Of a stretch of DNA of 63,312 nucleotides, positions 10,379 to 20,953 are shown piece by piece (position 1 is the stretch's first letter; every line of letters starts with the position of its first letter). Both the position numbers and the translations under genes were made by a program. The stretch covers positions 1 through 63,312 of the forward strand of contig JANQGT010000032.1 in NCBI GenBank assembly GCA_028277205.1, in the 5' to 3' direction. The notes under the pieces were generated by a model. That model worked only from the letters and a program-made list of their open reading frames with translations. It made no database searches and was not told the DNA's origin. Source of the stretch: Candidatus Altimarinota bacterium. GTDB lineage: Bacteria > Patescibacteriota > Gracilibacteria > BD1-5 > UBA2023.

Positions 10379-10903
10379 ATGAGAGAACGCATAGAAATAT
10401 CCGAGTCGCAAATTCCTGGTATCGGGCGCTACTACGAGACCAACGAATGATGGCGACGACGGTCAACTGCGAGAGCGGTGATCATGCAGCGATGAAATTT
10501 CGTGCTGCTGTATGACGGTCGGTATAAACATCATGACTGGATTTGAGGAAGAGTCGAATCTGGAGAGACGATTCGTGCGACAATGGCTCGGGAGCTCTGT
10601 GAAGAAGTGGGAGTATCAAACTTTCAAATGGATGATAATTCATTGCCAACGATAGTGGAGCGACATGCGCGCGACAGATGCATTCACATAAGTCACTTTT
10701 TTCTGATTTGCGTATGCACTTCGACGGACATCGTACTCAGGGAAAATTTTTCACCCGGTACTCGCATTGACAGCCTTGCTCCGGATACACTCCTTGGGAC
10801 ATTGGATTCTCATGCTCCGACATGATATCGCAGTAAATTTATTCAGATGCGTACTCGTATTATTGCGCAAAGAGCACTTCTGATTTCTCATTCAATTTTC
10901 TAA
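10379..10903 (+). CDS. NUDIX hydrolase
   Basis: The Nudix box is rebuilt across TGA codons: W-I-G-G-RVESGETIRATMARELCEEVGV. The frame is open from ATG 10379 to the TAA at 10901. The track shows only 10583..10825. Confidence 0.65.
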
Positions 10904-10913
10904 ATCCCCCGAT

Positions 10914-11381
10914 ATGCCTACACATCGCACCAAAATTCTCCTCCTCCGACATGTCGTGAATGTCGGCAAACAAGGCGACATCGTAGAGGTCAGCTCTGCG
11001 CAGGCTCGAAATTTTCTCATCCCAAAAGGACTCGCGAAAGAAATCGACGAAAAAGCACTCTCTGACATGAAAGCCCGTGAAACAAAAGCGCGCGAAAACA
11101 GCGCCGAGCTCGTGAAAAATAAGCAAGCGATTCGCGAATCGCTGCATTTGCAGACGCTCGATTTTCCGATGCGCGGGCAGGGCGAAAAGGTATTCGGTGG
11201 GATATCGGAGCATGAAATCATCGAAAAGATCAAGCATGAATACGGCTACACACTGGAAAAACGACATATCGTCCTCCCCGAGGGAAAGCACCTGAAAACT
11301 CCGGGCGATCACGATATTCGCGTGAATCTGGGACACGAAGTCTATATCCGCATGACCGTCCGTATCCGTGTTGTCGAGTAG
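10914..11381 (+). CDS. rplI: 50S ribosomal protein L9
   Basis: The N-terminal L9 motif is KILLLRHVVNVGKQGDIVEVSSAQARNFLIPKGLA. Length is 155 aa. Ends in TAG. Confidence 0.9.
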   Translation: MPTHRTKILLLRHVVNVGKQGDIVEVSSAQARNFLIPKGLAKEIDEKALSDMKARETKARENSAELVKNKQAIRESLHLQTLDFPMRGQGEKVFGGISEHEIIEKIKHEYGYTLEKRHIVLPEGKHLKTPGDHDIRVNLGHEVYIRMTVRIRVVE

Positions 11382-11766
11382 TGTCATCCTCGGGGTAGAC
11401 TACGGCGCACGGCGCTCCGGGATCGCCGTCGCGAGGGAAAATATCGCATTTCCCCTGACTGTCGTCCACTCTCCCGCTCTCATCGAAACACTTGAAAAAT
11501 TTGCCATAGAGGAATCCGTGGATACCATCGTCGTCGGTCTGCCGCGGCGACTGGACGGCTCCGAGAGCGATACGACCCATCGGGTTCGCAGCTTCGCGGG
11601 CAGGCTCGGAAGAGCGCTTTCGGATATCGCCATCGAGCTTTGGGATGAGCGGCTCTCATCCGTCGAGGCGTCCCACGTCCTCGCGCAGATGGATGCACGC
11701 GGTCCTGACGACGCTATCGCTGCGAGCATCATGCTCCAAAATTTTCTGGATACCAATCATTTATAA
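11368..11766 (+). CDS. ruvX: YqgF/RuvX-type putative pre-16S rRNA nuclease
   Basis: Motifs are ILGVDYGARRSGIAVA and VVGLPRRLDGSESD. A GTG start overlaps the end of rplI by 14 nt. Confidence 0.85.
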   Translation: MLSSSVILGVDYGARRSGIAVARENIAFPLTVVHSPALIETLEKFAIEESVDTIVVGLPRRLDGSESDTTHRVRSFAGRLGRALSDIAIELWDERLSSVEASHVLAQMDARGPDDAIAASIMLQNFLDTNHL

Positions 11767-11777
11767 TCCTCTCTCTC

Positions 11778-12488
11778 ATGCACCTCGCACTCATCATGGA
11801 TGGCAATCGCCGCTGGGCGAAACGCCAATGACTCGTCAAAATGCTCGGACACTCTCGGGGTGGTGATGCGATCGAGCGTGTCGTGGAGTGGTGCGTAGAG
11901 CGCGGCGACATAGACATACTGAGTGCGTGGGCGCTCTCAAAGGATAATATCAAAAAACGTGAATCCGCGGAACTGTCGCATATATACGATATTATTCGTG
12001 ATCGGCTCCCGCGTCTCATGCCAAAGCTGCTCGATAACGGCGTGAGCTTTCATACGGTGGGAAATCTCGATCTCCTACCGGACGATATCGCAGCGCTCCT
12101 GCAGGATATCACTCATCAAACGACTCGCGGAAATGTGATGAAATTTATCATTACCATCGGGTACGGATGACAGGATGAAATCGTCCGCGCTGTCCAAAGT
12201 ATGCTCTCGGAAATTGCCCGATCGGACGACCCGAGAGAGACTGCAAACATGATCGCATCGACTCTCGATGAGGCGGTATTTTCGTCGTACCTCGACACCG
12301 CAAAATTTCCGCATCCGGATCTCATCGTGCGTACCGGCGGTCATGAGCGTCACAGTGGATACTGGCTCTATAGCTCCGAGTACTCGGAATACCGGTTTAC
12401 CGAGACGTTTTGGCCGGACTTTTCTCGAAAAGAACTCGATGAAATCATGTCGGAATTTACAGCTCGTACGAGAAATTTTTGAAAATAG
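11778..12488 (+). CDS. uppS: Undecaprenyl-diphosphate synthase (cis-prenyltransferase)
   Basis: Motifs are HLALIMDGNRRWAKRQ-G-L, GY-G-GQDEIV and IRTGGHERHSGYWLY, with TGA at the conserved Gly positions. Three track fragments lie in one frame. Ends in TAG at 12486. Confidence 0.9.
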
Positions 12489-12585
12489 GCGTCGCGCATA
12501 ATTGTGAAGATTGTGTAAAATTAGACAGTTTTTTCGAGATTTCTCTGCTTTGCGAGTATGATAGGATGACTTTCGCACCATTCTC

Positions 12586-13065
12586 ATGAATAATCAGAAA
12601 CGCGCATACCACAGGGAGACTCTCCATACGCACAAAAAAGCCCTTTTCGACTATGAAGTCATCGAAGAGTATGAGGCAGGCGTACAGCTCTCCGGCGCGG
12701 AAGTGAAGAGCTTGCGCGCGAAATCCGCAAACCTGAAAGGAAGCTATGTGAGCATTCGCGGCGGGGAGGCGTGGCTTCTCGGGGCGCATATCGCCACGTA
12801 CAAACACGCGCCGAGCATCCGGCACGATGTCCGACGCGATCGCAAACTCCTCCTAAAAAAACGCGATATTATTGCCCTCGATTCACGAGTACGAGAAAAG
12901 GGTATCGCCCTCATCCCCGTCGAGTGGTATCTGAAGGGCAATCTCATAAAGCTCAAACTCGCGCTCGCTCGCGGACGAAAAAAGCACGACAAGAAACAAC
13001 TCCTCAAAGAACGTGATATCAATCGGGAGATCGAAAAGCGATTTCGAATTCGTGATTTTGATTAG
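12586..13065 (+). CDS. smpB: SsrA-binding protein SmpB
   Basis: Motifs are KKALFDYEVIEEYEAGVQLSGAEVKSLR and KLLLKKRDI...IPVEWYLKGNLIKLKLALARGKK. Confidence 0.9.
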   Translation: MNNQKRAYHRETLHTHKKALFDYEVIEEYEAGVQLSGAEVKSLRAKSANLKGSYVSIRGGEAWLLGAHIATYKHAPSIRHDVRRDRKLLLKKRDIIALDSRVREKGIALIPVEWYLKGNLIKLKLALARGRKKHDKKQLLKERDINREIEKRFRIRDFD

Positions 13066-13118
13066 CCTGAAAATCCGAGTATACTCCGTCTTTTATTTTT
13101 ATTTTTCTCTATATAGCC

Positions 13119-13589
13119 ATGAAATCCGTCACGCATATACTCCTCTTGCTCATTGCGCTTCTCGCGCTTCTCGGCATGCTGAATGCGGGGTACGTCTCCT
13201 ACCTCACCTACTTTGTCCTGCCCGCGAGCGATAGTCCACTCATCTGCGATATCAGTAGCAGCTGGAATTGCTCGAACGCTCTCGAACTCGAGGAGTCCTA
13301 TATTTTCGGCGTACCGTCGTGTACGATCGCCTTTTTCGTCTATCCCGTCCTCATCGCGATCGCGCTGCTGGGGTATTTCGGAGTCATCCGATGGCACTTT
13401 CCGGTGCTCGTCGTCATGGCGCTCGGCGGTATGGGGCTAAATGGCTATGTCTTGTATATTGATCATCTCTATCAGACGTATTGCTTGTTTTGCGTGCTTT
13501 GTGGAGTCGTCATTACGCTCATATTTTTGGAGAGTGCGACGGGATGGATGATCGAGAAAAAGTTTTGACAGCACGACACTTCTCGGTAA
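13119..13589 (+). CDS. Vitamin K epoxide reductase (VKOR) family membrane protein
   Basis: It has four hydrophobic segments, a loop Cys pair (CDISSSWNC) and a CLFC/CVLC active-site-like motif in the last helix. The TGA at 13566 adds 7 codons before a TAA. Confidence 0.75.
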
Positions 13590-13656
13590 TCTGCGTCTGG
13601 ATTCTTCATCTGTTTTCATGTCTGCATACAGCTCTGTACTCTCTGTGCGTCGTCGA

Positions 13657-13683
13657 CCCTCCTCATGGGAAGGGTTGGTTTTT
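13657..13683 (+). terminator. Possible intrinsic terminator after the VKOR gene
   Basis: The stem is CCCTCC-tcatg-GGAAGGG (one bulge), followed by TTGGTTTTT. Confidence 0.35.
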
Positions 13684-13760
13684 GCGTCGTAGCAGTATCC
13701 TCGAAATATACGACATAAAGACGAGTCCTTCTCCCGGGCTCGTTTTTTCACGCCTGATAT

Positions 13761-14336
13761 ATGGAAATACCCTCCTCTCACATAGCTGCGCAATTCGCAT
13801 GTCCCATAGCAGCGCTGATACAGGGCATAGCGACTCGTCAGTCCCGGGTACTCGCTATGGATCCGATCACTCGCGACGAGGCGGAAATGATCGCACGATG
13901 GATCACACAAAATCCATGGATGATCCGGAAAACACCCGATGCGCTTCTTTCTCATGTATGATCGACATTCATCCGTCGGGGTGAGAGTGGAGAGGTCATC
14001 GCGTTTTGTACGGGCACATTTGTGTGAAAATACCAGGGAGCACCCGTCTGGAAAATCGGATCATTCGTGATCAGTCCGGATCACTGTGGAAACGGCATTG
14101 GAAACAACTTTCTATCGGATGTCTCGCAAGCTATGCAATTGACATTTCCCAATGCTATCCTCGTGATCATCACACAGGATCGCGCACCGTGAATGATCCG
14201 TATCGCGCAAGCAAACAAATTTGAACAGCTCTCACGCGATGATCATCCAAAACTCTGGGAAATCCTGGAAACCGGTGGAGCGATCGCTAGATACAAACGC
14301 GTATTTACGACGACCTTGAGCGCTGATGCTTTTTAG
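13761..14336 (+). CDS. GNAT-family N-acetyltransferase
   Basis: Same-frame pieces are joined across TGA at 13959, 14025 and 14190. An acetyl-CoA-binding-like motif is present (ISPDHCGNGIGNNFL). Ends in TAG at 14334, overlapping the convergent rsgA by 32 nt. Confidence 0.6.
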
Positions 14337-15237
14337 TCTCTATCTCTAAACGAAGTCGCATATAGGCATCGTATCGAAATTTTGGAATGTCGCCCGCCTC
14401 CATCGCATCCCGCACTGCGCATCCGGGTTCGTCTCGATGTTGACAGTTGCGATATCGACATCTCCGGATATAGGGACCGAGATCGAGAAAATACTGATCA
14501 AGCTCTGTAGTCGATAGCTCGAAAAAGTCGAGCGCACGAATCCCGGGAGTATCCACGATATACGAATTTTGATCCCATTCGTACATTTTTGCTCGTGTCG
14601 TAGTATGCTGTCCGTCTCATCATTTTTCACTGACGGATTGGGTTTTCGCCAGATTTCCCCCCGCTATTGCGTTTATGAGCGATGATTTGCCGACTCCGCT
14701 TTTTCCTACGAATGCGACGGTTTGTCCCCGAAGATGATTTTTGAGTGCCTCAACACCAAAACCGGTCGCGCAGGATGTGTGAAATATGCTGATTGCGAGC
14801 GCTTTTTGATACCATGCAATCACCTCGTCCCGTATCATTTTCAGATCACTTTTCGTGATACATATGAGAGCGGGAATATTGGCAGACTGTGCGAGTATGA
14901 GATACCGATCGATAAAACCGGGCTGAAATTTTGGAGACTTCGCGGAGGCGACGATGACGATGAAATCCAAATTTGAGGCTATCGACTGCGATGAACGTCC
15001 CGATATGGAGCGTCGGGTACTGTCCCCCCGCTTTCGGGCGAGGAGGTTGTTTCTTTCTCGGAGAGTCCAGTCTTCTCCTGGGAGAAGCGTGAGAAAATCC
15101 CCTACCACAATGGATTCAAATAGATCATCATGCGGATGTAATTCAAGATTCTCGATCTCTCACTGGGGCGACATGAGCGCGATCCACCTTTTGTTTGCCG
15201 AAGATTTCGTCTCTATAACTCGGTAATGACGTTTCAA
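14305..15237 (-). CDS. rsgA: Ribosome small-subunit-dependent GTPase RsgA (YjeQ)
   Basis: It shows a circularly permuted GTPase layout (LICITKSDL ... FVGKSGVGKSSLINAI) and then SEK-G-G-DGQHTTT. The tandem TGA-TGA is at 14617..14622. A C-terminal zinc knuckle follows (CRYRNCQHRDEPGCAV). The start is uncertain: TTG 15237 gives a full OB domain, and ATG 15174 is the alternative. Confidence 0.85.
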
Positions 15238-15266
15238 TGGGGATTTGTTATGCTGTGCTTATGTCA

Positions 15267-16181
15267 TTATTGCGCTCCCAACAGACCATCGATCTGCCTC
15301 GTAAATTCCGAGACGGGATACGCTCCCTCGACGACTACATATTCATTGGTCTCGGTGTCGATGATGACAGTACCGGGCGTCCCTCATACACCGAATTGTC
15401 GTCCTTCCTGGGTTTCGGCGTTGAATTTTGCGATATTTCTATCGCTCGCGCGACACTCGGCAAATGCCTCGACATCGAGTCCGATCTCTCCCGCGAGTGT
15501 ATCGAGATCCGAGACAGAATAGACGCCTCCCTGGGTATCCGAGCCGTCGAGGATGGCGTGAGTGTATTCGTAGTATTTCTCGGTGCCTCCGATCTCTCCC
15601 GCACAGAGCACCGCTTCCGCTTTTGCCTCTGTGCCGCTATGATTGACGCCGCGATGATTTCGAAATGCAAAAGCAATCTGATCGCCGTACTCTGCGCGTA
15701 CCGCGTCGATCGTGCCGTCTCTGTACTGGCGTATACAAAACGGACACTCGAGATCCGAGTACTCTAACATGAGCAGTCGAGCGTCGGCGTCTCCTAGGAT
15801 GTACGCCGATGATTTGATTGCTTCGATGGTTTGCTCGGATGTAGTTCGGGTATTTACAGCTCCGGATTGCCCCCCGGTGTTGCTCGTGTTTTCGGTATCA
15901 TTTTCGACGTTTGCTCATCTTTGTCGCAGATACTGCCGCAGCTGAGGGATTTGCTCCTCTGCGCTCAGACGCGTCGCCTCCAGCATGAGCTCGTAGTTTT
16001 GCTGTCCTCATACACGATCGTACTCGTGCTCGAGGTAGCGCTCCATCACCGACTCGGCGACTTCTTCGGAGCGAACGACACTGAAATAATACCCCGATCC
16101 GACGGAGACCGCCATCGTCACAAAGAGAAGCATGACGACCGTCGCCTGTCCCGCGCGAGAAGCGCACAATATCCGAAGCAT
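15267..16181 (-). CDS. DsbA-family thiol:disulfide oxidoreductase with N-terminal membrane anchor
   Basis: The thioredoxin CPFC motif sits in LMLEYSDLECPFC. The C-terminal FGV-G-GTPGTVII spans the TGA at 15384. The N-terminal extension (MLRILCAS...VVMLLFVTMAVSV) is recovered across two more TGA codons. Ends in TAA at 15267. Confidence 0.8.
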
Positions 16182-16293
16182 AGAAAATATGTGACAAAGC
16201 TATACGAGATGCAATCGTATCCGACTCCTCATAAAAAGCAAATTCCGATTTTTGTCTGCAGATTCGTATACGCACGAAAATGTTTTTTGGAGG

Positions 16294-16320
16294 TTGTTTT
16301 TCATTTCAGGGAAATATAAT
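16294..16320 (+). promoter_or_regulatory. Candidate promoter for the batA-batB fusion gene
   Basis: TATAAT lies at 16315..16320 with a TTG-containing -35 region at 16294..16299. It sits inside the longer TTG-initiated ORF, which favours the GTG 16354 start. Confidence 0.3.
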
Positions 16321-16353
16321 GGTCGTAATCGCATCCTTACCATATCGATTTTC

Positions 16354-18276
16354 GTGTATTTTTCGGAGCCGTTCGCATTTTTTCTGCTGCTTCTCTTGCC
16401 GCTTTTGTGGTGGCGGCTTTTTGCCAGTCGGTCGCATGGGCTCGTCGTACGATCGGGTCAGGACTATGTACGATCGTTTGGTCGGGGACTCGGTGTGAAA
16501 TCCCTCATATTCGGGAGTGTGACGATTGCGCTTGTACTGTTTTCAGTCGTGCTCGCCGAGCCTCGGGTACCTGCAGGAGAGACGACGATCCGGCGTGAGG
16601 GGATCGATATCGTGATTGTTTTCGATATATCGAAATCCATGCTCGCGGAGGATATCGCTCCAAATCGTATCACAGCTGCCAAGCGCGTCGTTTCAGAGTT
16701 TGTCGCGTCTCGCGAGGGTGATCGTATCGGCATGGTACTTTTTGCGGGAAAACCGTTTTTGTCCATACCGCTCACATTTGACTATCCGAGTATCCAGCAG
16801 TCGCTCGCTCGGGTGACGACCGACAGTATAGAGCAGGCGGTGCCGGGACTGTCGGGTACCGCCATGGGAGATGGTATCCTCTCGGCGCTGCGGACACTCT
16901 CGTCTGCCGAGAGCGAGCTGCAGACAGAGACAAACGAACGTGAGCGCATCGTCATACTGCTCACTGACGGTGAGGCGAATATCGGACTCAATCCCACGGT
17001 CGCGGCAAAACTCGCCCGAGAACGCGAAATAAAGATCTATACGGTCGGGATCGGGAGCACCGAGGGCATAGAGCTGTATATCACAAATGCCCAGGGCAGA
17101 CGCGAATACTTCGCGGATGCGACGGGAAATCCCATCATGGCGCGCCTCGATGAGCAGACGCTGCAGACAGTCGCCGATATCACGAATGCCCGGTATTTCA
17201 ATGCTCAGGATTCCGACGCGCTCGAGCGCGTATTCGAGACGCTTTCGGAGCTGGATCGCAGCGAGCTTACCTTTCAGAGCGTGCAGATATTTCGCTCACG
17301 CATCGAGCCGTTTCTTCCGTTTTTGTGAGTTTTTGTCGCGCTATCGCTTCTTGCGTGGATGGTGCTTGCGCGTGGCAGCACCCTCAAAAATCCGAGTCTG
17401 GCGGAGCGCTCCCGACCTCTCATCCGAGCCACACGGACGGGCAGCGGCATTACATCGCTCTTGCTCGTCATGCTTGCGATCATGCCGATTCGTCTGCTCT
17501 GAGCCGATGCGGATATCGGTCGGGATGCGGTTTTTTTTCTCCTCGATACGTCGCAGAGCATGCGCGTCCGGGACATCGAGCATAGCGGAGAGTCTCTATC
17601 TCGGCTCGAGTATGCCAAACGCCTCATCGCGGATACGGTAACGGAAACTCCACAGCGAGCGTACGGACTCGCCGCATTTGCCGGAGAGACGGTGGGAATA
17701 TCGCCGCTCACACGTGATGCGGATACATTTCTCACATTTGCGGATGCGATGGATACCGATACGGTCATACGGGGCGGCAGCGATCTCGCAGGCGCGCTCG
17801 AGTTTGTGAGTCGTTGACGAGAGGAGGATGATTTTCCGCTCTTTGTCGTCTTTACCGATGCGGAAAATCCCGAATGAACCGCGCAGCAGCAGTTGCAGAC
17901 TTTCCTGGATGAAAATGATATGCCCGTCATATTCGTCGGTGTCGGATCCGAGGAGGGTGGACGGATCCCCATTTCAGACAATCCCTTCGGACTGCCGGCG
18001 TACCTCCAGCATGAGGAAAAAGCCGTCATCTCCAGTCTGGACGCCAGCCTGCTGAGTAGCCTAGAAAATGCGACAACGATCCGCACGATCATAAATCCCG
18101 AGACTCTTTCTGAGGCGATCGCGGACTTTCCGCCCCAGACCCGCCGGACAGACGATACGGATACGAGCGCGTCCGATACCGAGACCGATCGATTTCTTGT
18201 TCTTTTGGCATTTGCATTCTGGCTTTGTGCCGGACTTCTTCCCGATACTTCTCGTCGTACTCATCATGCCGCGTAA
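16354..18276 (+). CDS. BatA-BatB fusion: two von Willebrand factor A domains in one membrane protein (about 640 aa)
   Basis: The BatA-like N-terminus is MYFSEPFAFFLLLLLPLLWW. The first VWA/MIDAS motif is IVIVFDISKSM. The TGA at 17326 and further TGA codons keep the frame open into a second TM segment and a second VWA domain (AVFFLLDTSQSM ... VVFTDAENPE-G-T). Track pieces 16252.., 17560.. and 17893.. are all in one frame. Ends in TAA. Confidence 0.75.
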
Positions 18277-19147
18277 AATATCTCTCTCGCTCGCCGCTCT
18301 CGCGCTTCTGTGATTCTTCACACTCATGGTGTTTTTTGTGCATACGCCGATGATACAAAGCACGCTTTTCACTATGAATCTGGCATCAAATATCCGTGAA
18401 TACACCCAAACCGGTGCGACTGACGCCGCGAGAAATCTCCTGTCGGACGCACTAGAAAACTCTGATACCGTACAAAGGGATGCCGACATATACCGGTATG
18501 ATCTGGGAAATCTCGACTACATGGCGCAGGAGTATGTATCGGCATTCGAGTCGTATGTCAGCGCCGAGCCGACGGATATCCAGACGAGCGCTCACCGTCT
18601 GCACAATATCGGTAATACTCTCTATCGCATCGGGGAAAGTATCGAGATACTCCCACGAAGACTGCTGGCGTGGGAGCAGGCTGTCATAGCGTACGAGCGC
18701 GCACTGCTGTGGCATGAGGATCGTGAGACCCGGGAAAATCTCGAATTTGTCCGGGATAAAATCCGAGATCTGCAGGAGCAAATCGCCCAAGCACAATCGA
18801 CCTCGTCGCCTCGTGAAAATACCGGAGATGCGACAGAGCGGGAGCAATCATGAAGCGAGGGTGAGGCGACGCCGTCACCGGAGCGCGGACCGAATCCCGG
18901 ACAAAACTGGACAAATCAATGAACATTTGACGATATCGGTGTCGATGACTCCGGCGGCGGTGCTCCGCTCTCACCCGCCGAGACGGAGGCGCTGAGGCAG
19001 CGACTGGAGGAGCTTGAGCGCTTTGAGTCGGAAAATCAGGGCTCGCTAAACCGGGACGGACGTGCGCGCATGCCGGGTTGATTTGGTGCATTTTCCGAAA
19101 ATACCGGTCTGAACGACGCGCTCGATATAGTCGATCGCGACTGGTAG
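18266..19147 (+). CDS. BatC-like TPR-repeat membrane protein
   Basis: The N-terminal TM is MPRKISLSLAALALL-G-FFTLMVFFV. TPR-like repeats follow (HNIGNTLYRIGE...AVIAYERALLWHEDRETRENLEFV). The start overlaps the batAB stop by 11 nt. Reading extends across TGA at 18851 and two more, to a TAG at 19145. Confidence 0.6.
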
Positions 19148-19177
19148 ATAGCGGTATATATCCAAAGATTTCAGCTC

Positions 19178-20536
19178 ATGAAACCGGAATTTCGAGAGTA
19201 TTTCACACGAGAGTTTTTCGATGAAAAACCGGGTGAGGCAGAGGCGTTTTTCGAGAGTCTGCTCGCTCCGCGCCCAAAAACATTTCGCATCAATCGAAAT
19301 AAGACAAGTCTCGAAACATTCGCGAAGCGATGGAAATCCCGGGGACTCCCGATGGAGCCGACCTCGAATCCGTGGATATTTTCCACCGGGTGAGACCGGA
19401 CTATCAAGCTCGGGAAAACGCCCGAACACCTTGGCGGACACCTCTACGTTCAGGAGCTTTCGGCGGGGATGAGTGCCGAAATTCTCGCCGACTGAATAGT
19501 CGATGAAAACCCGGATCTGCTGGTGCTCGATATGGCGGCGAGCCCGGGCGGCAAGACGACGCAACTCTCGGAGCTGTATCCGCATGCCGGTATCGTCGCA
19601 AATGAACCGGACAAAACCCGGATTCCCCAGCTTTTGGAAAATATCGATCGTATGGGTTCGGGGAATATCGCCGTCACAAATGTGTCGGGTGCTTTTTTTG
19701 CGCGTACGCCCGAGGTATTTGATCGGATCCTCCTGGATGCGCCGTGCTCCTGAGAGGGCATCGCCTACAAAGCTCCGGAATCCCTCGACTACTGGAATAT
19801 CAAAAATATCGAAAAAATCGCGAAGCTCCAAAAGCGCCTCCTGTCTGCAGCACTCTCGGCACTAAAGGTATGAGGGACGATGGTCTACTCCACCTGCACG
19901 ATGAATCGCGTGGAAAATGAGCAGGTGATCGAGTCCTGCCTCCGATCCGCATCGGATGCGTATCGTATTCTTTTCATGAGGCGGTATTTTCCGCATGTCG
20001 ATGAGGGTGGGGGATTTTTCATCGCAAAGATCGAAAAGATCGCTCCCGAGACTCCGCGTATCGCACCGCCCCACATCGCAAAGCCGAACGAAGAGCTCAT
20101 GCCTGCGGATGCTCGGTCGGTCCGACTCCTGCGTGATTTTTGTGATGCGTATGCTATCGAGCTCTCGCCTGCGCGGATATGGCGTCATCGTGATACGCTG
20201 CTTTCCTTTGCGGATGCATCACCCGGCAGCCTGATAGCGCGCACGTGGTATACACTGAAATTTGGCTATCGCCTCGGGCATATGGAGAGCGCGAAATTCA
20301 TTCCGGATTTTCGGCTGCTGCGCGATGCAGGAGCACACAGCGCATATGTGTACGACCTCGATGATGATGAGTTTGCGCGATTTCGTACGGGTGAGCATAT
20401 TCATATACGGGACGCTACACTCCCCGACGGCCATATCGCTGCGCATCATCATGGCATCGCCGTCGGCATGCTCCAGAAAAATCCCGGGACGAATACGCTG
20501 AAAAATCATATCCCCCCGAGATTGCGAAAGCGGTAG
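19178..20536 (+). CDS. NOL1/NOP2/Sun-family rRNA (cytosine-C5) methyltransferase, RsmF-like
   Basis: Motifs are VLDMAASPGGKTTQL, DAPCS-G-EG (TGA at the Gly) and GTMVYSTCTMN. Three track fragments are in one frame. Ends in TAG. Confidence 0.85.
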
Positions 20537-20537
20537 A

Positions 20538-20783
20538 CTATGCGACTTTCTTGCTCTTTTTATCCTTCCGCTGAGCTTTTGCGTACGCTTTTAGAGCTGC
20601 TATGTTAAATGGACATGTTTCGAGACATTCGGATTTACATTGTCCGAGCACGTCTTCTACTAATTGCACAGTATTAGCTCTTTTGTGATTCCTATGCAGT
20701 CCATCCACCAATCCTCCTCCCGGTGCCCTTTTGAAACCCTGCGGACAATTTCTGGTAGGCGGAAACATTGGCGTGTATGTCAT
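20538..20783 (-). CDS. Small basic Cys-containing protein, unknown function (81 aa)
   Basis: It is an intact ORF with no TGA. Four Cys are present (NCPQG ... GQCKSECLETCP) and the tail is Lys-rich. It lies in a locally AT-rich segment behind a near-consensus promoter. No family was recognised. Confidence 0.4.
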   Translation of the reverse strand: MTYTPMFPPTRNCPQGFKRAPGGGLVDGLHRNHKRANTVQLVEDVLGQCKSECLETCPFNIAALKAYAKAQRKDKKSKKVA

Positions 20784-20804
20784 AGTAATAATGTTTATAA
20801 ATAC

Positions 20805-20816
20805 GGGAAATTTCCC
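20805..20816. promoter_or_regulatory. Perfect 12-bp palindrome GGGAAATTTCCC (operator-like)
   Basis: It is read directly in the sequence. It lies immediately downstream of the -10 element of the minus-strand promoter, over the predicted transcription start of the 81-aa ORF. Confidence 0.4.
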
Positions 20817-20844
20817 TTATAATCACTGATATCCATTTTGTCAA
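20816..20844 (-). promoter_or_regulatory. Sigma-70-like promoter for the 81-aa ORF
   Basis: The minus strand reads TTGACA - 17 nt - TATAAG, about 35 nt upstream of ATG 20783. Confidence 0.5.
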
Positions 20845-20898
20845 AACTTTTTTGAAAAAAACGACTCTACGGACTACGGACAAAGAGCGTATCCGCAT

Positions 20899-20926
20899 TT
20901 GAGATTTTAGACGTTTTGGCTATAAT
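20899..20926 (+). promoter_or_regulatory. Sigma-70-like promoter for clpC
   Basis: The sequence is TTGAGA (20899..20904) - 16 nt - TATAAT (20921..20926), 28 nt upstream of ATG 20954. Confidence 0.5.
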
Positions 20927-20953
20927 GCTTCACTTGCTTTCTTTTTCGATCGT

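Noticed and set aside
20839-20860. A CtsR-like operator upstream of clpC (GTCAAAA plus the AT-rich inverted repeat TCAAAA-ctt-TTTTGA).
   Set aside because: Only one GTCAAA heptad is present instead of the tandem direct repeat, and the inverted repeat is pure A/T and short.
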